From positions 213,132 to 277,131 of the IMG/VR virus record IMGVR_UViG_3300001782_000005: a DNA stretch of 64,000 nt, one strand, 5' to 3'. A program made the position numbers and the translations under genes. Each line of letters starts with the position of its first letter. The stretch's first letter is position 1. The notes beneath the pieces were generated by a model. That model was not told the DNA's origin and ran no database searches. It was given only the letters and a program-made list of their open reading frames with translations. Below are positions 49,861-60,381 of the stretch, one piece after another.

Positions 49861-50466
49861 ATGAATGAGTTAGTAGAAAATTATCTACAGCTCCTACAAG
49901 AAGATGAAATAATAACTGAGGATATAAGGTCTTTCCTAGGCCGTCTTTCAGATAGAAAACTTAATAACTTTAGGTATTTTTTATCTAAAGCTTTTAAGAG
50001 AAAAGATAAGGAAGGTATTAAACGAATATTATCAACTGTTCCTGTTATTTCAGATGATAAATTGAAATATGTTGCTAAGAAATTCTCTCCAAATTTTAAC
50101 TTACCTTATAGACTGACCTTCTCATATATCAAACGTAAATATCCTAATGTTCCAGATACAATTGCTTCATATTTAGCTATTGCAGTTGGAGTAATGACTG
50201 GTCGTGAAGATAAACCTGAGGAGAAGACAAAAGACCTCTTATTGAAGTTTGATAAGAATTTGAAGAAAGCTCTTAGGGGTCAACTGAGGGAGCAAGATCC
50301 AGATGACCCTAGAACAGTCTTCTCTGGAGGTTTTGCATGGGGATTTTTTAGTTCAGCGCTTGTTACACTTCTTCTTGCATGGTTGTCTGCAGCAGGAACT
50401 CCTATGATAGCTGCTGGTATAGTTATATTAGTATTTGGTGCAATAATGGTAAAAGGATCAATTTAG
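49861..50466 (+). CDS. Putative virion/ejection protein with C-terminal TM segments
   Basis: N-terminal ENYLQLLQE motif; late-promoter-like motif at 49820; hydrophobic C-terminus. Confidence 0.5.
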   Translation: MNELVENYLQLLQEDEIITEDIRSFLGRLSDRKLNNFRYFLSKAFKRKDKEGIKRILSTVPVISDDKLKYVAKKFSPNFNLPYRLTFSYIKRKYPNVPDTIASYLAIAVGVMTGREDKPEEKTKDLLLKFDKNLKKALRGQLREQDPDDPRTVFSGGFAWGFFSSALVTLLLAWLSAAGTPMIAAGIVILVFGAIMVKGSI

Positions 50467-50475
50467 GAGGAAGTT

Positions 50476-50826
50476 ATGAGCAAGATGGTTGATGAATACC
50501 TTCAAGTTTTACAGGATGATAATATATCTGAAGCAGCAATTTCTCCAACTACTGCTCTTTTTATTGTTCCGACAGCAATTAGTTTAGCTGCTAAAGCATA
50601 TAAGGCCTTTATTGATAAGGCGGAGAAGACCTGTAGGGATTATACTGGCCTTGAAAAGACTAAGTGTCTAAAGAGATTTAGAGCTCAAGCAGTTAAAGCT
50701 AAAATAGCTACTCTGAATAAAGCTAAGGGAATGTGTGCTAAGGATAAGAACCCTGAGAAGTGCCGTGAGAAACTAGCGGGGCAGGTTTCTAAATTAAATG
50801 CTAAATTGAAGATGATTCAATTTTAG
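50476..50826 (+). CDS. Putative internal head protein
   Basis: DEYLQVLQD...SE N-terminus; four Cys. Confidence 0.5.
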   Translation: MSKMVDEYLQVLQDDNISEAAISPTTALFIVPTAISLAAKAYKAFIDKAEKTCRDYTGLEKTKCLKRFRAQAVKAKIATLNKAKGMCAKDKNPEKCREKLAGQVSKLNAKLKMIQF

Positions 50827-50835
50827 GAGGATGAT

Positions 50836-51066
50836 ATGAAAAGACCAACTGATAAATTAGAGGAATTGTACACCGGAGAAAAGAGACAACTGTTGCAGGA
50901 GCAGATAACAGTTGAAATGTTTGGCCCTCCTTTTGAGGATGAGGAAGATGAAAGTGTTGAAGAACCTCTTCCACCCGGAGAAGCAGCTGGTGCTCCTGAA
51001 AAGAACCCTATGACTGGTGAAGATATGGAAGAAGAGGGAGAGGAAGAAGAAGAAGGTTTACTCTAA
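50836..51066 (+). CDS. Acidic small protein
   Basis: RBS AGGAGG; Glu-rich. Confidence 0.55.
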   Translation: MKRPTDKLEELYTGEKRQLLQEQITVEMFGPPFEDEEDESVEEPLPPGEAAGAPEKNPMTGEDMEEEGEEEEEGLL

Positions 51067-51080
51067 CGAAGGAGTAAATA

Positions 51081-52193
51081 ATGAGTAACATAATGACGGC
51101 AAAAAATGCTCTAGACGAGAATAAGAGTAATCTCCTTAAAAAGGCTAATGTAGTAGCAGTGGGGGTTGGACTCAAAACTGTAGCTGGAGTAACTACAGAT
51201 GAAATATGTGTGATTGTGTCAGTTAAAGAGAAACTTCCAATTGAGAAACTCTCTGCTGCTGATGTGATTCCACAATCTTTTGGTGCTATAAAAACAGACG
51301 TTATCGAGACAGGAGAAATTGTTGCGTTAAAAGAACGAAGTGACTGGTGGAGGCCATATCCTGCTGGTGTCTCTGCTGGTCATAAAGATATAACCGCAGG
51401 AACCCTTGGTGCGTTTGTTAAGCGTGGAGATACTATACTCCTGTTAAGTAATAACCATGTTTTTGCAAACTCCAATGAAGCTAGTGTAGGCGATGCCATA
51501 TTTCAACCAGGCAGAGTTGATGGTGGTCGAGAGGAAGATACAATAGCTAATCTCTTAGATTATGTACCTATTTCTTTCTCTGGAGATACTGCACCTATAT
51601 GTCCTATAGCCAAGAAGGTCGAGAAGATTATCAATAGTATAGGGAGATTGCTAAAATCCAGTCATAAATTTTCCTTATCAAAGGCAGCTGAACCTGGAGA
51701 TCCTAATAAGGTAGATTGTGCTATAGCTACTCCTATTAATCCGGAGGATATGGAGCTGGTGATTCTTGAGATTGGTCATGTTAAGGGTGTAGCAGAAGCG
51801 ACTCTAGGGACAGCAGTTCAGAAGAGCGGGAGGACGACAGCATATACACAGGATACTGTGATTCAGATCCACGTGACTGCACAGGTTAATTACGGTGGAC
51901 CTATTGCTATATTTGAAGATCAGATAATGGCAGGCGCTATGAGTCAAGGTGGAGACTCTGGATCATTAGTATTAGATATGTTTAATAATGCTGTAGGTCT
52001 TCTATTTGCGGGTTCAGATAGTGTTACACTAATGAACCCTATTCGATATGTTCTGGATGGACTTGGAATTGAATTTGTGACTGAGTTAGACTCGAAGCAA
52101 CATGAGGTTGAAGTTATAGTAGATGAGAAAGAGGAGGACGAATCTGGGTTTAAAGTATATACTCCGATGCATCCATGGTATCCACTACCTTAG
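51081..52193 (+). CDS. Trypsin-like serine protease (Nal1-like)
   Basis: Triad SNNHV / VDCAIA / GGDSGS; GTLG and KSGRTT. Confidence 0.85.
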   Translation: MSNIMTAKNALDENKSNLLKKANVVAVGVGLKTVAGVTTDEICVIVSVKEKLPIEKLSAADVIPQSFGAIKTDVIETGEIVALKERSDWWRPYPAGVSAGHKDITAGTLGAFVKRGDTILLLSNNHVFANSNEASVGDAIFQPGRVDGGREEDTIANLLDYVPISFSGDTAPICPIAKKVEKIINSIGRLLKSSHKFSLSKAAEPGDPNKVDCAIATPINPEDMELVILEIGHVKGVAEATLGTAVQKSGRTTAYTQDTVIQIHVTAQVNYGGPIAIFEDQIMAGAMSQGGDSGSLVLDMFNNAVGLLFAGSDSVTLMNPIRYVLDGLGIEFVTELDSKQHEVEVIVDEKEEDESGFKVYTPMHPWYPLP

Positions 52194-52202
52194 GAGGATA
52201 AT

Positions 52203-52700
52203 ATGATGGAGAGTTATCTTAAATTCTTATCTGAAAAGGGAAAGTGCCCTCCCGGGATGAGATGGTGACCTGTCCGGAAAAAGTGTATCCGTGAGATGCA
52301 GTATGAACAAGCTATTTATAATGCTAATGACGGATTTGTGACTAATATTGAAAAAGATACAGTTGAAAATGATAATTTTCGAAAGGTTCTATATACTCCA
52401 AGGAATCTTCAATTAGTATTGATGAGTATTCCTCCTGGCGGAGAAGTTGGTGAGGAGATCCATCCTGCTGTTGATCAATTCTTTAGGATTGATGCTGGTG
52501 AAGGTAAAGTAATTTTGAATGGGAGAGAAATCCCAATTGAAGATGGTTTTGCTTTTATTGTTCCCGAAGGAACAAAGCATAATATTGTAAATACTTCGGC
52601 TAAAGATGACTTGAAACTCTATAGTATTTACTCTCCGCCTAATCACCCACCTGGGGTAATTCAGGCAACTAAAGCTGAGGCAGACGCCGAAGAAGAGTGA
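52203..52700 (+). CDS. Cupin protein with an N-terminal extension containing an in-frame TGA (candidate selenoprotein); track start is 52296
   Basis: Cupin motifs EIHP..DQFF...GEG and VPEGTKHN; RBS AGGAGG precedes 52203, which is in frame with 52296. Confidence 0.7.
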
Positions 52701-52707
52701 GGATAAT

Positions 52708-53136
52708 ATGAAAGATAAAAGACATCTCAGTGAACTTAAGCAGGTAGTATCTAGAAATATAGGTTATCTTAAGGAACAAGATGAGACCCATAAAGATATT
52801 AGGATGAGGATACTTGATTTCTTTAAAGAGAATCCAAGACCTACAGATAATGAAGTTCATGGCCTTGCAGATGAACTTGGTATAAATGAGCATGATTTTG
52901 AAGAGCACATTTATGCAATCCTTGGAGATATCTTTGCTTATGGAAGGGCCAATGAAAAAGGTTTTACTGAAGATAATGCTGATCCTGAGCAATTGAGGAT
53001 GGGAATAAAAGTTGAGATGGAGCATACTCGATGTCCTCAGATATCTAAAAGAATTGCATTAGATCATTTGGCTGAATTAGGGGACTATTATACTCGCTTA
53101 GCAAAGATGGAAGAAGAAGGTGGAGTAGAAGATTAA
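52708..53136 (+). CDS. Phage protein with a DUF5661-like C-terminus
   Basis: LRMGIKVEMEHT...IALDHLAE..DYYTRL. Confidence 0.6.
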   Translation: MKDKRHLSELKQVVSRNIGYLKEQDETHKDIRMRILDFFKENPRPTDNEVHGLADELGINEHDFEEHIYAILGDIFAYGRANEKGFTEDNADPEQLRMGIKVEMEHTRCPQISKRIALDHLAELGDYYTRLAKMEEEGGVED

Positions 53137-53765
53137 TGACACTACCATTCTCTACGAATCTAGTACAGGAGTTACAACATTGGTTTAGTAGAGCGGTTCT
53201 TCTCCGGGATCTTAACAAGGATAAGATACCTTATCCCGTTGATATACCAGTGATCTATTTAAAACCGAAATCATTTATTGAACTCCTGTTTAATGAATCG
53301 TATCCATATACTGAATACGAATATTTTTTTCAAGATGTGGCCAGTAAGTCATCATGGCCATCTTTAGTTAGAGATAGGATTACTATTTATCCATCTTCTA
53401 GAGTTTATGAGGTTTGTGATAGTACCGCTGCATTTAATCTGTTTCAACTTAAACCTCATGATCTGACTCTATTGAATGCTCTGTTAGCATATCGAATTGA
53501 TTCAACAAGTGTTACGATGATTGATTCAACATCAGTAACCTTAGTTGATTCAACTGCCGGAATAACTCTATATGCTTCATTGGATTTCTTAGATACTAGT
53601 TTATCTAAATTGATATATGTATATTTAAAATTGAAGATTGATGGGGATGCTTCAGGTTATGATAATGTAAATCTTTTCTCTCGACCATATGAGGTTTTGG
53701 AGAGTTGTTATGAGGCCTTTGTTATTGAGCAATTCTTTGAATTTATAGCTGCCAGAGGTACGTAA
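53136..53765 (+). CDS. Hypothetical (likely virion) protein
   Basis: Coupled ORF; DSTSVT repeats. Confidence 0.5.
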   Translation: MTLPFSTNLVQELQHWFSRAVLLRDLNKDKIPYPVDIPVIYLKPKSFIELLFNESYPYTEYEYFFQDVASKSSWPSLVRDRITIYPSSRVYEVCDSTAAFNLFQLKPHDLTLLNALLAYRIDSTSVTMIDSTSVTLVDSTAGITLYASLDFLDTSLSKLIYVYLKLKIDGDASGYDNVNLFSRPYEVLESCYEAFVIEQFFEFIAARGT

Positions 53766-53767
53766 GT

Positions 53768-54730
53768 ATGGGATTTAAAATTGAAGACTATTGGACAATA
53801 TGGGGTTATCTGTACCAAAGGAGATTAGACCCTACCTACGATACGATTGACCTCGACAATAATACGAAAAATATAGCTGAATCTGAAAGGGGTGTTTCTG
53901 AGCAAGTTTTTGAGAGCACTCTTGATCAATCTGTCTTTAATTCAAATGATTATAAGATGTTAAGAACTTTTCTTATAGACTGGTATGCTACACTTAGGAC
54001 TGTTGGCACAACTGGAGCAACTGTATCTCAAGTATTCTCTATGCCGGATACTCACGTTCAGGAGTTGATTCAGTCGTTCGGATATGATGTACCAGTAGAT
54101 ATATTGACTTTTACAACTAAAGTAAATTTCTTTCTTGACCTTGTTAATCTGTATAAGGTTAAGGGAACCCCCAATGCTCTCTATCAAGTTTTAGCATATT
54201 ATGGTTTGAGTAACCTTGATATTGTTGAGTATGATGTGCAATATACTGAACCAGGGGATGCTCTAGGACCGGGTGAACTAGTTTTTAGAGGTAAATCTAC
54301 AAGGCAATTGGGGCCAGGTGAAATGCCCATACCATGGCCAGATGTTCCTTTTGATGAAATGATTTATCCAGATCCACATTGGTTATTGACTAAAGAAGAC
54401 GTTGAATATGCCCACCGAACTCAAGATATAAACCTTCCTTCAAGAAGTCCTTATTTTGGCATAAGACCAAGATTCTATATGTCTGAACTTTTCTTTATGA
54501 TAGCTGTCCTTGTAAGAATGGTTGAAAATCAGTATGACCTATGGGTTGCTACGGGTAGCGTTGAAGTAACTGACCCAATGTTCTCTCATATCTATGATGC
54601 TGCAGTCGAAAAATATGAGATGACCCTTCTGAATTATAATGTGTCTTTATTAGAATTGTATCTATCTTGTATATATGCCTTTAATAGGAGATACGGTCGA
54701 AGTGCTATCTATCCACCAACATGGCCATAA
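53768..54730 (+). CDS. Baseplate-wedge-like protein
   Basis: LVNLYKVKGTPNAL motif resembles P2 gpI / T4 wedge-type proteins. Confidence 0.45.
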   Translation: MGFKIEDYWTIWGYLYQRRLDPTYDTIDLDNNTKNIAESERGVSEQVFESTLDQSVFNSNDYKMLRTFLIDWYATLRTVGTTGATVSQVFSMPDTHVQELIQSFGYDVPVDILTFTTKVNFFLDLVNLYKVKGTPNALYQVLAYYGLSNLDIVEYDVQYTEPGDALGPGELVFRGKSTRQLGPGEMPIPWPDVPFDEMIYPDPHWLLTKEDVEYAHRTQDINLPSRSPYFGIRPRFYMSELFFMIAVLVRMVENQYDLWVATGSVEVTDPMFSHIYDAAVEKYEMTLLNYNVSLLELYLSCIYAFNRRYGRSAIYPPTWP

Positions 54731-56087
54731 TCAGTATTCTAATCTATGGGGAGAAGATGGAGAACAGTGGAGTCCTCAAAGTTACCTACCTGATTTTTCT
54801 TATGCTGGTTACCACCATGGAGAAGAACCTCTACCAAAAATAAATCAGTGTGTAAGTATAGTGGATGATTTTGGAGCGAAAGGTGATGGTCGTGATAGTT
54901 CACAAGCATTTCTCGATGCTATAGAAGTAAATAGACCTATCTATATTCCTTCTGGTCGTTATAAGATTACTAAGATTATTGAAAGTAAAGTATCACTCAT
55001 AGGAGAGGACCCAGACAAGACGGTTTTATATTTCCCCAACCACCTGACTGATATTAAACCAGATTGGAAAATTACTCCTGAAATGAGAATTTCTAATTAC
55101 TCATGGTCTGGAGGTTTTATCTGGATTAAGGGAAATTTTGAAAAGAGATTTCTTACATCTATTATTGCAGAAGCTAAGCGTGGAGAGGACTCTTTAATAG
55201 TTTCTTCAGCAGATGAGTTAAGGGTTGGCCAAAGGATTGAAATAAAATTTAGAAGAAAAAGTAATTCTTTAGTACAATATCTATACTCAGGCGATTCTGG
55301 TGATACTGATAATTGGAAAGATATAAAAGTCTCGTTAGTTTGTAGAATTACTGAGGTTAAAGGTAACCTAATTATATTTGATCGCCCCCTACGTTTCGAT
55401 GTAAAATTGGAATGGTTACCTGAAGTTTATCAATTTAATTCAAGTGTGACCAAAATTAGTATAGAGAATCTATGTTTTGAATTTCCAAATACGTTGTACG
55501 ATGGTCATTTTTCTGAACTTGGTTATAATGCTTTAGCTTTAAGTAATGTCTCAGACTGTTGGGTAAGAAATATAAAGATTGTGAATGCTGATAGTGGAAT
55601 ATTTATTGATAGAAGTAAATTCTGTACTATCCAAAATATTATTTTTGAATCAAACCGGAAAGGTAGAGATAATTGTGTTGGTCATCATGGTATATATCTA
55701 CAGGGAGATGATAATCTTTTTACTAATTTTGAATTTAAAGTTCAATTTATACATGATATCTCAGTAAGTAATTGCTCAGGTAATGTCTGTTGTGATGGTA
55801 GAGGTATAAACTTGTGTTTTGATCATCATAAAAAAGCTCCTTATGAGAACCTGTTTACTAATATTGATGCTGGATTAGGAAGTCGTATGTGGATATCTGG
55901 TGGAGGAGAAAAACTCGGGAGACACTGTGGAGCACGAGGTACCTTCTGGAATATACGATCTAAAAATCCTCAGAAATATCCTATAGATTTTGGTCCCAAT
56001 TCAGTAAATCTAGTAGCCATAAAATCCGAAAGTATTTATCCACAGAATATTTATAGGTCTCAATTAGCTAGAAGATTAAGGAGATAA
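54675..56087 (+). CDS. Pectin-lyase-like beta-helix protein (putative depolymerase)
   Basis: LPDFSYAGY, DFGAKGDG.DSSQAF..AI, IPSGRY, CWVRNI, NLFTN; start uncertain. Confidence 0.75.
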   Translation: MPLIGDTVEVLSIHQHGHNQYSNLWGEDGEQWSPQSYLPDFSYAGYHHGEEPLPKINQCVSIVDDFGAKGDGRDSSQAFLDAIEVNRPIYIPSGRYKITKIIESKVSLIGEDPDKTVLYFPNHLTDIKPDWKITPEMRISNYSWSGGFIWIKGNFEKRFLTSIIAEAKRGEDSLIVSSADELRVGQRIEIKFRRKSNSLVQYLYSGDSGDTDNWKDIKVSLVCRITEVKGNLIIFDRPLRFDVKLEWLPEVYQFNSSVTKISIENLCFEFPNTLYDGHFSELGYNALALSNVSDCWVRNIKIVNADSGIFIDRSKFCTIQNIIFESNRKGRDNCVGHHGIYLQGDDNLFTNFEFKVQFIHDISVSNCSGNVCCDGRGINLCFDHHKKAPYENLFTNIDAGLGSRMWISGGGEKLGRHCGARGTFWNIRSKNPQKYPIDFGPNSVNLVAIKSESIYPQNIYRSQLARRLRR

Positions 56088-56089
56088 AT

Positions 56090-57007
56090 TTGTGGGGTTT
56101 GACTTCATTCTTTAATCCTATTGGATATAAGAACAAGGTTAAGAATTATAGGAAGTTTAGGTTATCTAGTCAAAAGCAAGGGTTGAAACTTTTATGTGTT
56201 GAGTTATCATTCGGAGGTAGGGAACCTGAGTTAACTAAAGATGATGCTGATATTTTGATCCAACTAAGATCTAATACGATATTATGGCAAAAAGAGCGTT
56301 TACTAAATATTGGTCTAAGAAATCTTCCGGATGATTGTACTAAGATTATCTGGATTGACTGTGACATTATTTTTCAGAATGATAATTGGGTTGAGGAAGT
56401 ATATAAATCTTTGGATAAGTATTTTGTTATTCAACCTTTTTCATTCGTTATTAGATTACCAAAGGATGGAATAATAAGTTCTGAGGATTTGCCTTTTGGA
56501 TTAGAAGAGGGTCAAAAAATTCATAGTATGGGTTACGGTATGCGAGATTCTGATAGGGAAAAGCTCTTTGATTTTTTTATACATGGTCATTCTGGGTTTG
56601 CCTGGGCTGCCAGAAGAGAGATTTTTAATAAGCACGGTTTTTATGATAGGTTAATTCTTGGTTCTGGTGACTTGATGATGGCCCATACTTTCTACGGTCA
56701 TAAATTTAATTATATTAGGAGTTTGTCTTCTGAACCAATGCAATTAGATCAAGATGTGTGGTTTGAGGAAATTTATAATATAGTTAAAAGCAATGTTTAT
56801 TTTGTTCCTGGTCTAATTTTTCATCTATGGCATGGAGATAAAATTAATAAGCTTCATGATGAGAGATTTGAGATTCTTGTCTCGGAGAATTTTGACCCCA
56901 GAAAAGACATTAAACTAGATAGTAATGATTGCTGGACTTGGGCAACTAACAAACCAAAATTGCACCAATGGTGTGAGAAATATTTTAGTTTTAGAAAAGA
57001 AGAGTAA
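56090..57007 (+). CDS. Glycosyltransferase-like (GT-A) protein
   Basis: LWQKERLLN, WIDCD (DxD), GFAWA, HLWHG. Confidence 0.6.
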   Translation: MWGLTSFFNPIGYKNKVKNYRKFRLSSQKQGLKLLCVELSFGGREPELTKDDADILIQLRSNTILWQKERLLNIGLRNLPDDCTKIIWIDCDIIFQNDNWVEEVYKSLDKYFVIQPFSFVIRLPKDGIISSEDLPFGLEEGQKIHSMGYGMRDSDREKLFDFFIHGHSGFAWAARREIFNKHGFYDRLILGSGDLMMAHTFYGHKFNYIRSLSSEPMQLDQDVWFEEIYNIVKSNVYFVPGLIFHLWHGDKINKLHDERFEILVSENFDPRKDIKLDSNDCWTWATNKPKLHQWCEKYFSFRKEE

Positions 57008-57930
57008 TGAAATCTATTCGATTAGAAGCTACAACAATTTGTCAACTAAAGTGTCCCTCTTGTCCGACATCTTCAGGAGATGTGAGTAGGTATCTTGGAT
57101 CTGGACATCTTCGAATTGAGGATTTTAAAAATCTCGTTGATAGTAACTCTTGGATTTCGAATATTGAACTTTCTAATTGGGGGGAGATTTTTCTCAACCC
57201 GGACTTGATACCTATTTTTTACCACGCTTATAAGAGAGATGTAGGTTTGAGTGCTGATAATGGTGTAAATCTAAATACTGTTAGTCGAGATATTCTTGAA
57301 GCAATGATTGTATATAAATTTCGAAGTATGAAATGTTCTATTGATGGAGCTACACCAGGGACTTATAGTATCTATCGACGCAGAGGAGATTTTAATGCTG
57401 TGATAGAGAATATTCAAACTATCAATTATTTTAAGAAGCAGTACAATTCTAGATATCCACAGTTAACTTGGCAATTTATAATGTTTGATCATAATATACA
57501 CGAACTTGAAAGTGCAGGGGAAATGGCTAAAAAGTTAGGTATGAGTTTTTTCCCTAAACTTTCTTGGGAAAATTTTTATGTTAAAGATTCTATAGCTAAA
57601 CCTGAGAGAGCTCCTACACGAGAAGAATTTAAGAACAGATTTGGTAAGCATTATATTCGAAACCTCTGTACTCAACTATGGACAAAACCTCAAATTAATT
57701 ATGATGGAAAAGTCCTTGGTTGCTGTGTTCAGTATTGGGGAGATTTTGGTAATGCTTTTAAAGAAGGTCTCAGAGAGAGTTTGAATAATGAGAAGATTGA
57801 ATATGCTCGTCAGATGCTCTTGGGAGAAGAAGATAGCCGTCAAGACATTGCTTGTAGTTCCTGTGAGGTTTACCTGGAGATGAAAGAATCTCAGAATTGG
57901 ATAAAGATGAGTGAGGTCCATGAAATTTAA
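57007..57930 (+). CDS. Radical SAM/twitch protein
   Basis: CQLKCPSC, NWGE, SIDG, C-terminal C...GCC...CSSC. Confidence 0.85.
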   Translation: MKSIRLEATTICQLKCPSCPTSSGDVSRYLGSGHLRIEDFKNLVDSNSWISNIELSNWGEIFLNPDLIPIFYHAYKRDVGLSADNGVNLNTVSRDILEAMIVYKFRSMKCSIDGATPGTYSIYRRRGDFNAVIENIQTINYFKKQYNSRYPQLTWQFIMFDHNIHELESAGEMAKKLGMSFFPKLSWENFYVKDSIAKPERAPTREEFKNRFGKHYIRNLCTQLWTKPQINYDGKVLGCCVQYWGDFGNAFKEGLRESLNNEKIEYARQMLLGEEDSRQDIACSSCEVYLEMKESQNWIKMSEVHEI

Positions 57931-58948
57931 ACTTTGTGTTTGGTATAATGGAATAGCTTTAGCTACACATACTCCAATTGCTAGGGCTATAAATGAGTTA
58001 AAGGATTATGGTTATCAATTCTCTAATAACGATTACGATATATTGATAATAAATTTTGCTTTTATTCCAAAAGATGTTCACTATCATACTTATTCAAAAA
58101 GGATCAACGACGAGTCTAGTCCGATAATAATATTTAATGAGCAAGTTTCTACAGGTAAATTGAATTTCTGGCATCTTGAACAAGAGCGAGTCATTGGTTG
58201 TACAAAGATGTGTCTCTTTAAGGACCTACACCTATATAGGTTTAAACTACCATATTACCACTATCATTTAATAAGTCCTATATACGAGATACCTCAGGTA
58301 TACACTCCTAGGAATAAGTGGAATCCTGACCTCCTTTCAAAAATATATCTTGGTTGGAATTTAGGTCTATACGATTTCTTTACGAGGCATGCACCAGATT
58401 TTAGTGTTGAGAGACCAATTGATATTCACTTTAGTATTGGTCTAGAACCATTCTATGAGGGCGATGAGCACTATCAACTTCACAGAAATCATTTTGTTAG
58501 TGAGGTTAAAAAGTTATGTGAGGAGTATAAATTTACCACTTCCGGAAAATGTGGGGAACTTAGAAGATTCCCTGTTCAGAAAAGTAGAGAAGATAAAAAA
58601 TATCACTTTTTAATGAGACACTCAAAAGTCTGTATTAGTCCGCTTGGAGATGGGGAATTATGTTGGAGAGATTTTGAAGCAATAGTTCATGGAGCAATAT
58701 TGATTAAACCAGAGATAACACATATAGAAACATGGCCAGATATTTACAAACCTATGGAAACTTATATACCCGTCAAATTAGATCTATCAGATTTTAGAGA
58801 AACTGTCTTTCAAGTCATAAAAAATTATTCTAAGTACAAATATATAACAATTAATGCGTATAACGCGCTAAAAGAAGTTCTAGACAATAATGTTTTTGCA
58901 GAAAGATTTGATAAGGTGATAGGAAAGATTATTGAAAAGGAGAATTAA
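57920..58948 (+). CDS. GT-B glycosyltransferase-like protein
   Basis: SKVCISPLGDGELCWRDFEA..GAILIKP. Confidence 0.7.
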   Translation: MKFKLCVWYNGIALATHTPIARAINELKDYGYQFSNNDYDILIINFAFIPKDVHYHTYSKRINDESSPIIIFNEQVSTGKLNFWHLEQERVIGCTKMCLFKDLHLYRFKLPYYHYHLISPIYEIPQVYTPRNKWNPDLLSKIYLGWNLGLYDFFTRHAPDFSVERPIDIHFSIGLEPFYEGDEHYQLHRNHFVSEVKKLCEEYKFTTSGKCGELRRFPVQKSREDKKYHFLMRHSKVCISPLGDGELCWRDFEAIVHGAILIKPEITHIETWPDIYKPMETYIPVKLDLSDFRETVFQVIKNYSKYKYITINAYNALKEVLDNNVFAERFDKVIGKIIEKEN

Positions 58949-58950
58949 AT

Positions 58951-60381
58951 ATGGGTGAAGTTATTGATATGGAACAGAAGGAAGATGGAATCGTTGAGAT
59001 GAAGGAAAAGCAACCTGAATCCGGTTTTACAATTCAGGATAAAAGGAAACTTGCTCCGCACCCTCAACCTGAACCCCCTAAACAGTTTAAGCAAAAGAGT
59101 GTAGGGAAGGGTAAGAAAGAGAAGATTTGTATTGTCACAAACTTCATGGAGTTTAATCCTCGCTACTCATTAACTGGAATTGTTAAAGACCACATTCAAG
59201 CACTCACGAAAAATGGGCACAAAGTTGGCCTTATTGTCAACGAAAAATATAGGGATCAGGATTTTAAGGGTGTTGAGATGCTCAAAGTCCTTCCTTTTGC
59301 CCATTTAAAAGATTACCACAATATAAATGACCTAAAAGAAGAACACAAAGTTACGATTGATAAGACAGAACAGGTACTTAAAAAAGTGTTTACTAATACA
59401 GATGGAGATGGAGATGTTTATGAATTAGCTTTCTGCCATGATATAAATTTCCAAGGTTGGTTCCTACCTTACAAATTAGGTCTCGAAAAAGCATCTTTTC
59501 AACTTCCCCATGTTAGATGGCTTCATTGGGTTCATAGTATTCCAAGTGGTATGCGCGAATATTGGAAAATTCCAAGCAAGAAGCATAAGATCATATTTCC
59601 TAATGAAACTGATAGACTACGAGTTGCTGAACAATTTAGAGGGGAGTTGGATGATGTTCGAATTGTTCACCATATAAAGGATATGAGAACCTTTATGGAT
59701 TTTGATCCAATTGCTTGTAGGATGATAGATCAATATGACTTAATGAATGCTTCTATTATTCAAGTATATCCGGCTTCAGTTGATCGTCTTCATGCTAAAG
59801 GTGTTGATTATGTTATAAGAATCTTCTCTAACCTAAAGAAGCAGGGAGAAAGTGTTAGACTTATTATTCTAAACCAGTGGTGTAATGTTGACAAACATCG
59901 TCAAACCGTTGAGCAATATTGCCAGACTGCTAGGGGTCTTGGTTTAGAACCAGATAAAGAATTAATATTTAGTTCACGTTTTGAAACTCCCCGCTTTGAA
60001 ACAGGTGTTGATGCTAATATTGTGAAAGATTTATTTTCTCTTTCGAACCTCTTTATTTTTCCAACGAGAGAAGAAGCATTTGGACTTGTTCTTCCTGAGG
60101 CTGCTTTAAGTGGTGGAGTGCTATTAGTATTGAATAGATCTCTACAAATGCAGTCAGAGGTTGCAGGTTTAAATGCCCTGTACTTTGATTTTGGAAGTTT
60201 TACCCATAATTTTTCAATACCGGGTGATAAATATTACGAAGATATAGCAACTATTATTAGAGGTAGAATGAGACAAGAATACTCACTTATGGCAAAGACA
60301 TTTATGAGACGGATGTATAATATGGATAGAATTTATAAGGAGGAGATGTTGCCCATTATTGGGGAGAGCAGAAATTGGTAG
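58951..60381 (+). CDS. GT4-like glycosyltransferase
   Basis: KGVD...LFIFPTREEAFGLVLPEA. Confidence 0.8.
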   Translation: MGEVIDMEQKEDGIVEMKEKQPESGFTIQDKRKLAPHPQPEPPKQFKQKSVGKGKKEKICIVTNFMEFNPRYSLTGIVKDHIQALTKNGHKVGLIVNEKYRDQDFKGVEMLKVLPFAHLKDYHNINDLKEEHKVTIDKTEQVLKKVFTNTDGDGDVYELAFCHDINFQGWFLPYKLGLEKASFQLPHVRWLHWVHSIPSGMREYWKIPSKKHKIIFPNETDRLRVAEQFRGELDDVRIVHHIKDMRTFMDFDPIACRMIDQYDLMNASIIQVYPASVDRLHAKGVDYVIRIFSNLKKQGESVRLIILNQWCNVDKHRQTVEQYCQTARGLGLEPDKELIFSSRFETPRFETGVDANIVKDLFSLSNLFIFPTREEAFGLVLPEAALSGGVLLVLNRSLQMQSEVAGLNALYFDFGSFTHNFSIPGDKYYEDIATIIRGRMRQEYSLMAKTFMRRMYNMDRIYKEEMLPIIGESRNW

